This document shows, in pieces, positions 62,192-64,000 of a stretch of DNA of 64,000 nt. The number at the start of each line of letters is the position of its first letter. The stretch's first letter is position 1. The DNA comes from Clostridia bacterium. GTDB lineage: Bacteria; Bacillota; Clostridia; Oscillospirales; CAG-272. The notes under the pieces were generated by a model, which worked only from the letters and a program-made list of their open reading frames with translations, had not been told where the DNA came from and did no database searches. Position numbers and translations under genes: made by a program. The DNA lies in the NCBI GenBank assembly GCA_017501545.1, contig JAFVWS010000014.1, positions 14,180 through 78,179 of the forward strand. The letters run 5' to 3'.

Positions 62192-63873
62192 ATTTAATAG
62201 GAAAAGCTGCTGACCCTCAGTTTTGGTCAGAGATAAAAAACAAACCAGAATTCAAGCCTATGCTTGATGCTTTAAAGCGCGATTTTGAAGCAGACGGTAT
62301 GGATGAAATCCCTTGCACTAAGTTTTCAAAATTCCGTCTGTTTCACGATATAGGTGACCGCTCAATTTACCAGGTGGATTTCTTCAAGCGTCAGCACAGA
62401 ATGTTTATGCTCACCGCGATGACTCTTATCTACCCTGATGAGCCAAAGCATCTTGAAAGATTGCAAGACACAATTTGGGAAATGTGCGACCAATACGTTT
62501 GGGCGCTCCCTGCTCACATGCCTAACATCACCGAAAATAACAACTCAGAGCTTGACCTTGACTCAACCACAGTTGGCTATGCTCTTGCGCTTATTAAGGC
62601 AATGCTCGGTGATAGACTACACGATTTAATTAAAGCAAGAATCGATGCCGAAATCGACAGACGTATTGTTAAGCCCTTCCTTGAGAAGAGATGGCATTGG
62701 GAATTCAGAGAAAACAACTGGACAACTGTTTGCTCTGGTGCTGTTGGATGTTGTCTAATGCTTAATCGTCCTGAAATTTTCGACCTTGTTCAAGACAGAA
62801 TCAATCACAATATGGCAACATACGTTGATAACGGATATCGTGATGATGGCGTTTGCACAGAGGGTGCAGGCTACTGGAGCTACGGCTTTGGTTATTACCT
62901 CACCTATGCAGAAATGCTAAAGACCTATACAAACGGCAGAGTTGACCTTACCAAGGGTGAAAAGGTGAAAAACATTGCAATGTTTTTACAAAAGCTTTTC
63001 CTTGACGAAAACGTTGTTGTCAACTACGGTGACTGTGGCAGCCGCGTAACAATGCCAATTGGCTACTTCTATCTACTTAAGACAATGTTCCCAAATGACG
63101 TTGAATTGCCACCTGAAAACACATTTGCATATGACGTACACTATTTTACATATTTCTTAAACTCATTCCGCCTTTATGACCCATCATTTGAATCAGCAAA
63201 GCTTTCAAAGAACGCAGAATACTTTATGGCTGACCAAGGCTGGTTTACAAAGCGCACACCCAAATATGGCTTTGGCTGTCGTGGTGGTTCAAACGGTGAA
63301 AGCCACAACCACAATGATGTTGGATCATTCATTTTCTCAAAAAATGATAAGCAGGTGCTTGTTGATATGGGTGGACGTCCATATACAAGACAATATTTTG
63401 AGCATCCAGGCAGATATGATTTCCTTGAAACCTCATCAAGAGGTCACAATGTGCCGATTATAAATGGTAAATATCAAGGCAATGGCGGTGAAAGAGCAAT
63501 AACAACATTTGAAAATGGTGTTATTAAAATGGACTTTGCTTGCATCTATCATCAAGAGGAGCTAACAAAGCTTGTGCGCAACTATACACCAGACGAAAAT
63601 GGTGTTACAATTACAGATCAGTTTGAGGGTGCAAAGGAATTTACCGAAAGGCTTATAGCCCTTACTGAGCCAACTATTGAAGATGGCAAAATTACTGTTG
63701 ATGGTGTAACTGTAACTTACGATAGCTCACTTGCAAAGGCAAGATATGAAACAGAAATACACGCACTTAAGCTTGATGTTAATGGCGAAATTACCAAGGG
63801 ACAAACAGTATATCTTATAAGCATTGATGTAAACGAGCCAAAGGATGAATTCACCTTTAGAATTGATGCATAA
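62188..63873 (+). CDS. Heparinase II/III-like family protein, cytoplasmic
   Basis: 561 aa with no signal peptide. GESHNHNDVGSF and SRGHNVP blocks, as I recall them from Hepar_II_III-domain lyases. ATGA overlap with the upstream gene. Confidence 0.7.
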   Translation: MNLIGKAADPQFWSEIKNKPEFKPMLDALKRDFEADGMDEIPCTKFSKFRLFHDIGDRSIYQVDFFKRQHRMFMLTAMTLIYPDEPKHLERLQDTIWEMCDQYVWALPAHMPNITENNNSELDLDSTTVGYALALIKAMLGDRLHDLIKARIDAEIDRRIVKPFLEKRWHWEFRENNWTTVCSGAVGCCLMLNRPEIFDLVQDRINHNMATYVDNGYRDDGVCTEGAGYWSYGFGYYLTYAEMLKTYTNGRVDLTKGEKVKNIAMFLQKLFLDENVVVNYGDCGSRVTMPIGYFYLLKTMFPNDVELPPENTFAYDVHYFTYFLNSFRLYDPSFESAKLSKNAEYFMADQGWFTKRTPKYGFGCRGGSNGESHNHNDVGSFIFSKNDKQVLVDMGGRPYTRQYFEHPGRYDFLETSSRGHNVPIINGKYQGNGGERAITTFENGVIKMDFACIYHQEELTKLVRNYTPDENGVTITDQFEGAKEFTERLIALTEPTIEDGKITVDGVTVTYDSSLAKARYETEIHALKLDVNGEITKGQTVYLISIDVNEPKDEFTFRIDA

Positions 63874-63942
63874 TATCTCGTAAAGTCAATAAAACCAAGC
63901 CTTATTATTATATGCTCATATGTTCATATATTTAAGAAATGT

Positions 63943-63975
63943 AAAAGGAAGCCTTTTGGGGCTTCCTTTTTGCTT
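63943..63975 (+). terminator. Rho-independent terminator after the heparinase-like gene
   Basis: AAAAGGAAGCC-TTTTGG-GGCTTCCTTTTTGCTTT. Confidence 0.85.
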
Positions 63976-64000
63976 TATAATTTGTGTTGAATGATGCTTA

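Noticed and set aside
1-64000. A search for CRISPR arrays, tRNA/rRNA genes, IS elements, integrases, prophage or toxin-antitoxin/defence gene pairs.
   Set aside because: No direct-repeat/spacer periodicity, no cloverleaf-like GC-rich short genes in the intergenic regions, and no transposase-, recombinase- or phage-like ORFs were seen. The only lone small regulator (XRE, 11154-11444) has no partner gene.

Overview
This 64-kb window comes from a low-GC, spore-forming Firmicute, probably a Clostridia member: spoIIR and remA are present and the gene order matches the B. subtilis ylo region. Roughly three quarters is core housekeeping. That includes glcK; recG; a PPi-PFK/DUF1846 pair; hpf; and a deoC-deoD-deoB-cdd-pdp nucleoside-salvage operon. 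It also includes the minus-strand block yicC-remA-gmk-rpoZ-priA-def-fmt-rsmB-rlmN-prpC-prkC-rsgA, spoIIR, pfkA and an uninterrupted S10-spc-alpha ribosomal supercluster (rpsJ to rplQ, 53476 down to 37571). The poorly understood parts are four. (1) 1-7278 is an operon encoding a 1260-aa multidomain sugar-binding-protein fusion, two CUT1 permeases and a secreted NHL/TPR protein. (2) 33270-35362 is a DUF5685 / J-domain-TPR-polycysteine / membrane-protein module next to spoIIR. (3) 55988-63873 is a redox-rich cluster with a divergent 2-hydroxyacid dehydrogenase, a truncated Fe-S OYE flavoprotein, an SDR, an atypical SDH/FRD-like FAD protein, a TIM-barrel isomerase-like protein and a cytoplasmic heparinase II/III-like protein. 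(4) There are several small items: a 26-aa cationic ORF, an orphan XRE regulator with a perfect palindrome, a long structured rpsJ leader, structured intercistronic spacers and phased T-tract DNA between strong promoters. I recognised no rRNA, tRNA, CRISPR, transposase, integrase or phage genes. All product calls rest on motif and sequence recognition by eye plus gene order. No database search or folding program was run.
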